Below the pieces are notes generated by a model. The model was not told the DNA's origin, made no database searches, and worked only from the letters and a program-made list of their open reading frames with translations. DNA of 64,000 bases from an uncultured delta proteobacterium. Lineage in GTDB: Bacteria; Desulfobacterota; BSN033; UBA1163. The stretch spans positions 263,317 through 327,316 of the forward strand of contig CAVPSJ010000013.1 of assembly GCA_963708295.1 (NCBI GenBank). Reading direction: 5' to 3'. Of the stretch, positions 50,434 through 61,238 are shown one piece after another. The translations under genes and the position numbers were made by a program. How positions within the stretch are numbered: the stretch's first letter is position 1; each line of letters begins with the position of its first letter.

Positions 50434-50459
50434 CCGTTCGCCCTGAGCTTGTCGAAGGG
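50434..50459. repeat. REP-like element CCGTTCGCCCTGAGCTTGTCGAAGGG
   Basis: Resembles the widespread CCTGAGCTTGTCGAAGG intergenic repeat family; single copy in this window. Confidence 0.5.
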
Positions 50460-50613
50460 GAAAGGGTTGGTTTGGGCAACAACCCGTCAAGAGAAGGCAT
50501 ACCGGTAGAAAACCTTGACAGAAATTGAGAAGACCGATTAAATTGAATGGGACCCTTCGGCGACGAGTTGAAGGGAGGGGACGCTTGTCGGTCGAAGTGA
50601 CGTCGAAGGAAAA

Positions 50614-51228
50614 ATGCAAAGAATTTCTGCCATCCTCCTCGGGGCAGGCGAATCAAAAAGAATGGGGGTTGACAAATTATCGCTTCCCTGGGGAGGAAAG
50701 ACCATGTTGGAGCGGTGTTTCGAAACTCTATTGAGATCCGAGGTGCATGAGCTGATCGTCGTCCTGAGCACCCGAAATAAGGGGGCACGGAATTTGTTCC
50801 TGGGAGGAAAGGTAAGAATTGTAATCAATCCCCTATTCAAAAAGGGAATGAGTGCCTCTATCCGGAGAGGTCTCCGGGAGATCGATTCTCGTTGCCACGG
50901 AATTCTCATCGCCCTCGGGGATCAACCTCTTCTCAAAACACGCACGATCAACGCCTTGATTCAGGCTTTCAACCAGGGAGAGGGAGGAATTATCGTTCCT
51001 TCTTTTCGAGGCACTCGGGGACACCCGGTCATTTTTCATAGAAGATTTAAAAGGGAGTTGTCGAATCTGAAAGGGGATGTTGGCGGTAGATCGATTATCG
51101 AAAGCCACCCCGAGGATGTACGAGTGGTCACTGTGAAGTCGGCGGGGGTCATAAAGGATATCGATACCTGGCCGGCTTATAAGTCGCCAAACCTGGCTGC
51201 GCCCGATCTGGGAAGGGAGAAGGTCTGA
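50614..51228 (+). CDS. mocA: Molybdenum cofactor cytidylyltransferase (MocA/YgfJ-like)
   Basis: LGAGESKRMG, GMSASI, LGDQP, GHPVIF, GDVGGR and DIDT. Confidence 0.85.
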   Translation: MQRISAILLGAGESKRMGVDKLSLPWGGKTMLERCFETLLRSEVHELIVVLSTRNKGARNLFLGGKVRIVINPLFKKGMSASIRRGLREIDSRCHGILIALGDQPLLKTRTINALIQAFNQGEGGIIVPSFRGTRGHPVIFHRRFKRELSNLKGDVGGRSIIESHPEDVRVVTVKSAGVIKDIDTWPAYKSPNLAAPDLGREKV

Positions 51229-51256
51229 GAGGGGGCGGAGGAGAAAGAGAATACAG

Positions 51257-52072
51257 ATGAAGCCAAAAAAAGGAATCGACGAATTGACTATTTTGATCCG
51301 AGGGGGCGGGGAGGTAGCCAGTGGGGTTGCTTACCGACTTCACCAGGCCCATTTCAAAATATGCATGACCGAGATTTCGCATCCCCTTGCCGTGAGAAGG
51401 GAAGTGGCTTTCAGCGAAGCGATCTATGAGGGTGAGAAAGAGGTGGAGGGAGTTCGGGCAAAATTGATCTCCAAGCCAGAGGAAATAGAATCCTTGTGGA
51501 AGAAAGGCGAAATCCCAATGCTTGTGGATCCCGACGGGAAGAAGACGAGGACTTTTTTGAAGCCCGACATCCTGGTGGATGCCATCATAGCCAAAAGGAA
51601 TCTGGGGACTCAGATCCATGATGCGCCTTTGGTCATTGGCCTCGGCCCGGGCTTTACGGCAGGAAAAAACGTCCATATTGTGGTCGAAACGAACCGGGGG
51701 CATGGGCTGGGCAAGATGCTCTTGAGCGGGACGGCGGAGCCGGATACGGGTATTCCCGGTGAGATCGGTGGGTATGCGATGGAGAGGGTTCTTCGGACGA
51801 TGAAGAAGGGGATTTTCCATCCGCAGAAGTCGATTGGAGACCGGGTCACCGAAGGGACGGTAGCGGCTGTAGCAGACGATTACCCGATTATCGCTAAAAT
51901 CAGCGGCATCATTAGAGGGCTTCTTCGAGAAGGGGTAGAGGTAAAGAAGGGAATGAAGGTAGGCGATATCGATCCGAGGGGTAAAAAGGAATCCTGTTTT
52001 ACCGTCTCAGATAAGGCGAGGGCCATTGGGGGAGGAGTCCTCGAGGCTATTTTATACAAATTCAACGAGTGA
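51257..52072 (+). CDS. yqeB: Selenium-dependent molybdenum hydroxylase maturation protein YqeB
   Basis: IRGGGEVASG, VRREVAF, DAIIAKRN, VETNRGH, GDIDPR and SDKARAIGGGVLEA. Confidence 0.93.
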   Translation: MKPKKGIDELTILIRGGGEVASGVAYRLHQAHFKICMTEISHPLAVRREVAFSEAIYEGEKEVEGVRAKLISKPEEIESLWKKGEIPMLVDPDGKKTRTFLKPDILVDAIIAKRNLGTQIHDAPLVIGLGPGFTAGKNVHIVVETNRGHGLGKMLLSGTAEPDTGIPGEIGGYAMERVLRTMKKGIFHPQKSIGDRVTEGTVAAVADDYPIIAKISGIIRGLLREGVEVKKGMKVGDIDPRGKKESCFTVSDKARAIGGGVLEAILYKFNE

Positions 52073-52216
52073 ATCAGGATGGACCAAACAGCAACGGGTT
52101 TCTTTCATTTCAATTTATTGTTTCACCATGGCCTCACGCTCAATCTCTGATGCAGCATCATCTGAATTCATACGGAGCAGGGTCAAAAGATCATCTATTC
52201 CACCGTTAAGGAGTTC

Positions 52217-53020
52217 GTGAAAAAAAATCAAAAAGAGGAAAGACGGGTGGGTTCGCTGGTCGAAGCTTTGGGCATCGAGGCAAAAGAAGTGATCAGTATC
52301 GTCGGAGCGGGCGGAAAAACGACACTGATGTTTCGCCTTGCCGGGGAGTTGTCCCTCAGAGGAAAGAAAGTGGTCACAACGACAACGACGAAGATATTAG
52401 AACCTACTCTGGGGGAAACGGGTTTTCTTTTTGTTGCTTCGGACGAGGAGAGAATCAAGGATTTTGTAAGGGGTCACCTCGGTCAATATGATCATGTTAC
52501 CATTGCCCGCGAGAGACTTGAATCCGGGAAATTGAAAGGAGTGACTCCGAGTCTGGTCGATGAGCTATGCCGTTTCCCGGGGGTTGATGCGGTCATCATA
52601 GAAGCCGATGGCGCCGCCCGTCGACCCGTAAAAGCACCGAGGGAGGGTGAGCCTGTCATTGCCCAAAGTACATCGTTAACCGTGGGGATTTTAGGAGTAG
52701 ACGGGCTGGAGATGAAATTGAGCGAGGAGAACGTTTTTCAGCCAGAAAGGGTCTCAAAGATCACCGGAATTCCTATAGGGCAAAGGCTGACCGACGAAGC
52801 GATGGCAATCCTGGTGACTCATCCCGAAGGCATCTTGAGAGGAACTCCATCATCATCGAGAGTGATTGCTTTTCTCAACAAAGTGGATATTCCAAACGGC
52901 TTAGAAAAGGCAAAGCGCATTGCACACAAAATTCTTGACAAAAAGCACAAACAGATCGAAAGAGTCGTCCTGGGACGGTTGAAAAGTGATCCGCCGGTAG
53001 CAGAGGTGATTTTTTCATAG
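52217..53020 (+). CDS. yqeC: Selenium cofactor biosynthesis protein YqeC
   Basis: VGAGGKTT, TTTTKI and EADGA..RPVKAP..EPVI. Confidence 0.92.
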   Translation: MKKNQKEERRVGSLVEALGIEAKEVISIVGAGGKTTLMFRLAGELSLRGKKVVTTTTTKILEPTLGETGFLFVASDEERIKDFVRGHLGQYDHVTIARERLESGKLKGVTPSLVDELCRFPGVDAVIIEADGAARRPVKAPREGEPVIAQSTSLTVGILGVDGLEMKLSEENVFQPERVSKITGIPIGQRLTDEAMAILVTHPEGILRGTPSSSRVIAFLNKVDIPNGLEKAKRIAHKILDKKHKQIERVVLGRLKSDPPVAEVIFS

Positions 53021-53119
53021 GAATCTGTTACTGAAAGATAATCGGTCCTATGACAATGGGAAGGATAGGGATGACCCCCTTCTTCTGAGGGAGATGCTGA
53101 GCGATCCGGGAGGCATGGA

Positions 53120-53689
53120 ATGAGGTATCCGAAGATTTTTTTAGGAGGACTTCTTCTATTTCTTGGCCTGGCCTCTTTTGGCACGGCGGAAGACTACGGT
53201 CTGCAGTATTTCTTGTCAAAAGCCTCATCCAAGTCTATCGAACTTTCCAAGAAAGAGAAAACGGAATTGTTCAATCAATTGGATGAAATGGTAAAACAAG
53301 CTCAAGGGATTCGAACAAAACTCATTGAGACCCTTCAGGTAGGGGAAACGGATGTTCGATATCAGGAAGGGAAATTTTGGATGGCCAAGCTGGAGGAGGA
53401 TCAGGGATCGATCGAAACGGGATTTCAACAGATTAAACTGTTGAGGGAGAAACCAACCGGCCTCATTGCCTCAATTAGACTTTATAAATCTTTGAAAGAC
53501 CTCTCGTCGAATTTTAATGCCTATAATAATTTGCCCTCCTTCTCTGCCTTCGTTGGAGATTTTGCTCCTGAAATGGAGCTGTGGGCTAATCCGGTTTTTT
53601 ATGAACTGTGCCTCTTGCCTCTTGCTCGTTCAAAGGATATAGAAAAAGCGCCAGCGCAGAAACCAATCCCAAAGGGGAAAAAACCATAG
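53120..53689 (+). CDS. Exported helical hypothetical protein
   Basis: Sec signal peptide, RBS GGAGG, 189-aa ORF. Confidence 0.6.
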   Translation: MRYPKIFLGGLLLFLGLASFGTAEDYGLQYFLSKASSKSIELSKKEKTELFNQLDEMVKQAQGIRTKLIETLQVGETDVRYQEGKFWMAKLEEDQGSIETGFQQIKLLREKPTGLIASIRLYKSLKDLSSNFNAYNNLPSFSAFVGDFAPEMELWANPVFYELCLLPLARSKDIEKAPAQKPIPKGKKP

Positions 53690-53760
53690 GCAGGTGAAGG
53701 CAACCCGGGAAAATTCCGCGCAGGTTCTTCTAAATACTCTCATGGTAAAGGATAACGATC

Positions 53761-54856
53761 ATGCAAGACATTTATTCTGAAATCATAAAAGCCCTTGAGA
53801 AGAAGGAGAAGGTAGCATTAGCCACATTGATTAATCGGGTGGGCTCTGCCCCAAGAGCTGTGGGCGCGAAATATTTGATTAGGCAAGATGGCACTTCCTT
53901 TGGCTCCATCGGGGGGGGGTGCGTCGAGGCAGAGGTGTGGCAGGAAGCTCAAAAAGTCATGGAGAAGCGCGAAGGAAGGGTTCTCCATTTTGACCTGACA
54001 TCCGAGCAGCTGGCGGAAGGCGGCCTGGTCTGCGGAGGGAATATCGACATCTTTTTGGAACCCCTGCGAGAAGATTTCTTGGATGTCTATCAGGAGGCAA
54101 GGAGGGTGAGAATGGGAGGAGGATCGGCGATCCTCGCTACGCCGGTCCTGGTGAATGGTAATTTCCCTAAAGGGCGAAGGTTTAAAGGTATTGATAAAAA
54201 ACTCTGGAGAAAAGGTGGGTTCTTTATTGGGTGGAGCGGAATTAGAAAAGAAGGTTTTGAGCGAAGGGGAGGAAGTGTTAAGAAATAGAAAGCCAAGAAT
54301 ATTGGCTTTGAGTCATGAAGACGCGAGTATGGAAATACTTCTGGAGCCTGTCTTTTGTGAGCCGACGGTTTACATCTTTGGAGGAGGTCATGTTTCTGAA
54401 CAAGTAGCACCTCTTGCCAAGAATGTTCATTTTAAGGTGGTGGTCATTGATGACCGCGAGATATTTGCCAATCGAGAGCGTTTTCCAGAGGCGGATGAAG
54501 TCATCGTGTCAGAATTTGAGAAGTGTTTTGACCGACTCAGCATTGATGAGTCCTCCTATTTGGTCATCGTCACCCGGGGACATCTTTATGATGGTATTGT
54601 ACTGGAACAGGCACTCAAATCCAAAGCCCGTTATATCGGTATGATCGGTTCAAGAAAGAAAATTGGGACCCTCTATCAAAGTTTAACCGCGAAGGGGATC
54701 GCTAAAGAGGCCCTGGGTCGAGTCCATGCGCCCATTGGAATTGAAATCAACTCCGAAACTCCCGAAGAGATCGCGGTCAGTATCGTGGCAGAATTGATTA
54801 AAGTGAGAGGAGAATCCATTTCATCAACCAGCCCGGTTCGAGGAAGAGCCCTCTAA
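53761..54856 (+). CDS. xdhC: XdhC/CoxI-family Moco chaperone, frameshift near 54170
   Basis: GSAPR, GSIGGGCVE and CGG; second piece IFGGGHV, DDR, VTRGH, YIGMIGSRKK, APIG and TPEEIAVSI. Confidence 0.92.
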
Positions 54857-54890
54857 ACATAGAATCGATTTATCCCCATTCTCGTTGATT

Positions 54891-57579
54891 CCTCAGTTTT
54901 TGAGCTGGGTAGTTGGGTCGCCGAAGAGGATCCAGGTTCGGCGGACATCGGGGTCAGGGGTGGCAGCCTTGGCCCTTTTTGACGGCCTCGCCGAGAGTGA
55001 TGGGTTCCCCATTGAAGAGAACCCTTATTAATTCCCGGTTCATCATGGCCTGCGCCTCTGGCTCCGTCAATCCCGAAGAAGCCCAAACTGCGACGGCTCC
55101 CCCACCTTCGGCCTTCAACAATGCTTCGGAAAGACTCTCCGTATACACATCTTGAAACATTCCGTTGAAACAGGTCATGTTGATAAAAAAGGGTAAACGC
55201 CAACCATTGGTCAATGTGACTCGCATCCCCCGAGTTCAGGATGCCCCCATTCCAGAGCTCCACTGAACCATGACCAAAGTAGTTAACCAGTGAAGGCCCC
55301 TGGTTAATGCTGGCGATCAGCGCATTCCTCGCCTCCCCATCCGTGCCAAAGTCGCCCCGGAAGATCTTTCGAACCACGATAGAGGATGGAAGAAGTCCCC
55401 TGAGCTCCTCACTGACCGTTTCATAATTGAACGTGTCATTGATATCTGCTACGAACACCGCCTCTTGCATCGGAGCCGCCTGCCTATAACCCACGATCTT
55501 CGAAACCAGGACATCCAATTCCTCCACCGTCCGAACAGGCAACCGCCCAATCGCCATCTCCGGAAGTCCATCATCATTAAAGTCCACAAACCAATCATCC
55601 GAAGCTGTCTCAAGATAAGCCGTGTCAATCAACTTCGTCGGCACAAAGTCGACATCACCCAATCCCAGGAAGTTTCGAGGATCAAAACTTCCATCCCCCA
55701 CCAAGAGCACATATTGAGGCGCTTTTTTCCAATGCGTTCTTGCCCAGGCCAAAAGGTCCTTGATTGCTCTGGGACTCTTCTGACCAAAATTAAACTCGTC
55801 ATAAAGATCCCCTACATCCATCAACTCCACCGATAAACCCTGAGACTCCCGATCCCTTCTCAGGGGCTCCATGCTCTTGAGAAAATCCCGATGAGAAATG
55901 ATGACCAGATCCGCACCATTGGACCCTAGATACCAGGACGAAGGCCCATTCGCCTCCACCTTGGCCGGACTTTTGATTCTCCCCTCAGTAAACGCATAAA
56001 GGGCATGACTTCCAGACCCATTCACGGTCAAGGAAAGGGTGAATCCTGAAGCGCCTGTATTCACCTTTCCTGTGATCTCCTGAATCTTCTGAGGGTCGGT
56101 GATATCGACCACACGAATCCGAGAATCGCTGAACCCTTCAATCAAAAGCTGCCCGGGTTTATCAACGGTAAAACGCAGCGCATCATCGTCTGCCCCATAG
56201 GTGTGCCAGTAGGTCAATCGGATGACGTCCACTAAACTTACATCCAAGTCCCCACCCTCTGGCACCAGGGTTACCAGATTCTCCCCCTCCAAAAGCAGCG
56301 ACTGGGGAACGGACCATCGCCCGATTCCTAGGGATTGCTCCTCAAAGACCACCTCCCCAACTTCCACCTCGTTGAGAAACACCTTCACCCGATGAGAAGC
56401 ATGGGTTACTCCCTGAAGGACCACCTCGAGGGAGGCCTTCCCAGAAGATGCCGGATCTGGATGAGGAATGTTCAAGAGCTGATTTACAGGGGCCCCGGCA
56501 ATAATCGACCCGAAGAAGTTAGAGGCCTCCCCATTCTTGAGAGCCGCAAAATAGATCGTCCGGTCTCTCTTCTCCACCAGATAAGGAAAACCCGAGATTC
56601 CTAACGACGCTCCTTTCCCCTGATAGACCTGTATCCGCTTCCCTGGCTTCGTTCCCTCAATCAGCCAGTAGACCCTTGCGTCCGTTGAAAGGGTATCCAA
56701 TCCAACTCCATAAAACTCGATGGTGTCCTGAGGATCAAACCGACTATCCGCCTCGCCTCTCACACACATCGGTTGTTCCACTCCGTCCACGTAGAGTTGC
56801 AAGTAGCGAGGATTGACCATCGGATTTACTCCTGCTGCCACTAACTCAGGCTGCGTCACTCGATACCATCCTTGCTCCTTAATGGTGAGTTTCACCGAAG
56901 GCCTGCCAGCTAAAAGCTGCTGCATCGTAGCAACGAGGGATGAGGACTGAGAACTAGGCAAGGATTGAGAAAGGAGTGATGAGGGCTGAGTCTCAACTGA
57001 GGTTCCTGCCTTAAGTGACTTCCCCGCCGAAGCGGGCTTTGCGTAGGCGGGAGTGATCCTCGACCCCAGTGCTCCTTTACCCTCCATCAAAAACGGATTC
57101 CTTTTGAGCCTCTCTTTCAGGTCATGAACCCTCCAGTACTGGTCATATTTCTCCTCCAACCTCGTCCCAAGCTCGCTCAAAAACTCCGGCTTGACGGTTT
57201 TGGGTAAAGGCTTTCCAAGTACGAACGGGACAACGGGCCCATGCCACGTCCTCTTTCCACTAAGATCCGTATCCTCAAGCCAATACCGCACCGTACCAAC
57301 TCCCGAAGACTGAGGACTGAGTGAAGAGGTGTCCCACCAGTGATAAGAACGGCCTGCCCCAAGGGATGTGCCTGACCCCGCAAGCAATGCCGAACCTGCA
57401 ATAAGATCCGGAGTCAAACGAACAAGCTCGCCATTCTCCTCCCGATAAACATGAAACCCGAGGTTATTCACCTCGAAGCCGGTTTTCCATTTCAGTAAAA
57501 ACGCTGCATCATGCTTGGCGGCCGTAAAAGAAACCAGCTTCACTGCAGTCGGATTCGCTGGCTTGATCGCTACGGCGCC
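54891..57579. repeat. Near-identical ~2.69 kb direct repeat, copy A (partner 58551-61238)
   Basis: Base-by-base match at an offset of about 3660, with roughly a dozen substitutions and 3 single-base indels seen by eye. Confidence 0.97.
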
Positions 57580-58290
57580 TATAGACCACTGACGACCGTT
57601 AGCCAGGCTCCAGGACATGAGCACGTTCCCTCCACCATTCGGCCCCGGTTCGGTGCTGCCTGCACCATTCTCTTTCGCAGCGTTGCCACCCGGGTTTGTC
57701 GTCATTCGGTTCCATCGTTGTGATTGACTGGGATTTACGACCAACGTCTCAGAATTATTCTGTTTACCGACCACATCAATGACGACCTCACCTTCATTGA
57801 CGCCCGTGACAGTTACATTAGGCGCATTACTGTTTCCTGTAGCCGAAAAAAAAGTGCCCAAGGGAGCCGTCTGACTCACACCCGTGAATGAAACTGCCCC
57901 TACGACAAAAGCAGCCGTATTTGCCCCTGTCAGCGTGACAACGACATTGTTGGTTCCAGTGGCCGGCGCCACTAATCTCCATATCTCAACTCGGCTGCGG
58001 TTTCCGTTGGCCCTAAAACCAGCCCGTGTAAGGCCGACACCGCCGTAAGTAACGGTGTTAACTGTATCACCAGCACCTGTATTGCGGATTGACACACCAA
58101 CGATTAAGAGGCGGTTCGTGCCTGCTGCACCAATTGTGTGCGAAAAGGTGAGGCTATTCAGGAGGCTGGCCCCCGTATCCGCACTCGAGACCGCATCAAG
58201 GTTGATACCCTGTGCTCGGACTTGTGCAAGCGAAACAAAACAGAGCAAAAAACTAAGCAGAATCAGAAAAAAGAAGGTTCTTTTTAGCAT
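54893..58290 (-). CDS. Secreted C25 (gingipain-like) cysteine peptidase, copy 1; indels at ~55222 and ~54973
   Basis: Sec signal peptide, ~210-aa beta-rich N-domain, NPTAVKLVSFTA junction, then YVLLVGD, IGRLP, YFGHGS (His), MTCFNG (Cys, after frameshift correction) and LFGDP. Confidence 0.88.
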
Positions 58291-58350
58291 TCAGCCCCTC
58301 CTCCTTTTAATCAAATAAGGTAGCTGTCCAAAGTCTGTTTAACGATTCAG

Positions 58351-58366
58351 AGCAAGAGTAATACCA
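58351..58366 (-). promoter_or_regulatory. sigma54 promoter TGGTATTACTCTTGCT for C25 copy 1
   Basis: GG-N10-GC about 60 bp upstream of ATG 58290; FleQ-box-like ATCAGTAAAATGGC at 58431-58444. Confidence 0.62.
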
Positions 58367-58550
58367 TGTCTCCTTGTCATCCTTAACCCGTTGTAATTGC
58401 TATATTTTCTATAGGGGATAGTTCTGAAAAATCAGTAAAATGGCCAATTTTTGTCCGTTTATATTCAATTTGTAGATAGATCTGCCTGATAGAGGTCTGT
58501 GAGATGGATCTTCATTCAAGGGATGCTTCGAATGATCGACCTTCGTTCTC

Positions 58551-61238
58551 CCTCAGTTTTTGAGCTGGGTAGTTGGGTCGCCGAAGAGGATCCAGGTTCG
58601 GCGGACATCGGGGTCAGGGGTGGCAGCCTTGGCCTTTTTGACGGCCTCGCCGAGAGTGATGGGTTCCCCATTGAAGAGAACCCTTATTAATTCCCGGTTC
58701 ATCATGGCCTGCGCCTCTGGCTCCGTCAATCCTGAAGAAGCCCAAACTGCGACGGCTCCCCCACCTTCGGCCTTCAACAATGCTTCGGAAAGACTCTCCG
58801 TATACACATCTTGAAACATTCCGTTGAAACAGGTCATGTTGATAAAAAAGGGTAAACGCCAACCATTGGTCAATGTGACTGCATCCCCCGAGTTCAGGAT
58901 GCCCCCATTCCAAACCTCCACTGAACCATGACCAAAGTAGTTAACCAGTGAAGGCCCCTGGTTAATGCTGGCGATCAGCGCATTCCTCGCCTCCCCATCC
59001 GTGCCAAAGTCGCCCCGGAAGATCTTTCGAACCACGATAGAGGATGGAAGAAGTCCCCTGAGCTCCTCAATAACCGTTTCATAATTAAACGTGTCATTGA
59101 TATCTGCTACGAACACCGCCTCTTGCATCGGAGCCGCCTGCCTATAACCCACGATCTTCGAAACCAGGACATCCAATTCCTCCACCGTCCGAACAGGCAA
59201 CCGCCCAATCGCCATCTCCGGAAGTCCATCATCATTAAAGTCCACAAACCAATCATCCGAAGCTGTCTCAAGATAAGCCGTGTCAATCAACTTCGTCGGC
59301 ACAAAGTCGACATCACCCAATCCCAGGAAGTTTCGAGGATCAAAACTTCCATCTCCCACCAAGAGCACATATTGAGGCGCTTTTTTCCAATGCGTTCTTG
59401 CCCAGGCCAAAAGGTCCTTGATTGCTCTGGGACTCTTCTGACCAAAATTAAACTCGTCATAAAGATCCCCTACATCCATCAACTCCACCGATAAACCCTG
59501 AGCCTCCCGATCCCTTCTCAGGGGCTCCATGCTCTTGAGAAAATCCCGATGAGAAATGATGACCAGATCCGCACCATTGGACCCTAGATACCAGGACGAA
59601 GGCCCATTCGCCTCCACCTTGGCCGGGCTTTTAATTCTCCCCTCAGTAAACGCATAAAGGGCATGACTTCCAGACCCATTCACGGTCAAGGAAAGGGTGA
59701 ATCCTGAAGCGCCTGTATTCACCTTTCCTGTGATCTCCTGAATCTTCTGAGGGTCGGTGATATCGACCACACGAATCCGAGAATCGCTGAACCCTTCAAT
59801 CAAAAGCTGCCCGGGTTTATCAACGGTAAAACGCAGCGCATCATCGTCTGCCCCATAGGTGTGCCAGTAGGTCAATCGGATGACGTCCACTAAACTTACA
59901 TCCAAGTCCCCACCCTCTGGCACCAGGGTTACCAGATTCTCCCCCTCCAAAAGCAGCGACTGGGGAACGGACCATCGCCCGATTCCTAGGGATTGCTCCT
60001 CAAAGACCACCTCCCCAACTTCCACCTCGTTGAGAAACACCTTCACCCGATGAGAAGCATGGGTTACTCCCTGAAGGACCACCTCGAGGGAGGCCTTCCC
60101 AGAAGATGCCGGATCTGGATGAGGAATGTTCAAGAGCTGATTTACAGGGGCCCCGGCAATAATCGACCCGAAGAAGTTAGAGGCCTCCCCATTCTTGAGA
60201 GCCGCAAAATAGATCGTCCGGTCTCTCTTCTCCACCAGATAAGGAAAACCCGAGATTCCTAACGACGCTCCTTTCCCCTGATAGACCTGTATCCGCTTCC
60301 CTGGCTTCGTTCCCTCAATCAGCCAGTAGACCCTTGCGTCCGTTGAAAGGGTATCCAATCCAACTCCATAAAACTCGATGGTGTCCTGAGGATCAAACCG
60401 ACTATCCGCCTCGCCTCTCACACACATCGGTTGTTCCACTCCGTCCACGTAGAGTTGCAAGTAGCGAGGATTGACCATCGGATTTACTCCTGCTGCCACT
60501 AACTCAGGCTGCGTCACTCGATACCATCCTTGCTCCTTAATGGTGAGTTTCACCGAAGGCCTGCCAGCTAAAAGCTGCTGCATCGTAGCAACGAGGGATG
60601 AGGACTGAGAACTAGGCAAGGATTGAGAAAGGAGTGATGAGGGCTGAGTCTCAACTGAGGTTCCTGCCTTAAGTGACTTCCCCGCCGAAGCGGGCTTTGC
60701 GTAGGCGGGAGTGATCCTCGACCCCAGTGCTCCTTTACCCTCCATCAAAAACGGATTCCTTTTGAGCCTCTCTTTCAGGTCATGAACCCTCCAGTACTGG
60801 TCATATTTCTCCTCCAACCTCGTCCCAAGCTCGCTCAAAAACTCCGGCTTGACGGTTTTGGGTAAAGGCTTTCCAAGTACGAACGGGACAACGGGCCCAT
60901 GCCACGTCCTCTTTCCACTAAGATCCGTATCCTCAAGCCAATACCGCACCGTACCAACTCCCGAAGACTGAGGACTGAGTGAAGAGGTGTCCCACCAGTG
61001 ATAAGAACGGCCTGCCCCAAGGGATGTGCCTGACCCCGCAAGCAATGCCGAACCTGCAATAAGATCCGGAGTCAAACGAACAAGCTCGCCATTCTCCTCC
61101 CGATAAACATGAAACCCGAGGTTATTCACCTCGAAGCCGGTTTTCCATTTCAAGTAAAAACGCTGCATCATGCTTGGCGGCCGTAAAAGAGACCAGCTTC
61201 ACTGCAGTCGGATTCGCTGGCTTGATCGCTACGGCGCC
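58551..61238. repeat. Near-identical ~2.69 kb direct repeat, copy B
   Basis: See copy A. Confidence 0.97.

Noticed and set aside
54891-61238. Tandem C25 duplication as a pure assembly artefact
   Set aside because: The copies have distinct N-terminal domains, distinct upstream regions, codon-consistent substitutions and a diverged breakpoint remnant. Only the degree of identity might be inflated by polishing.
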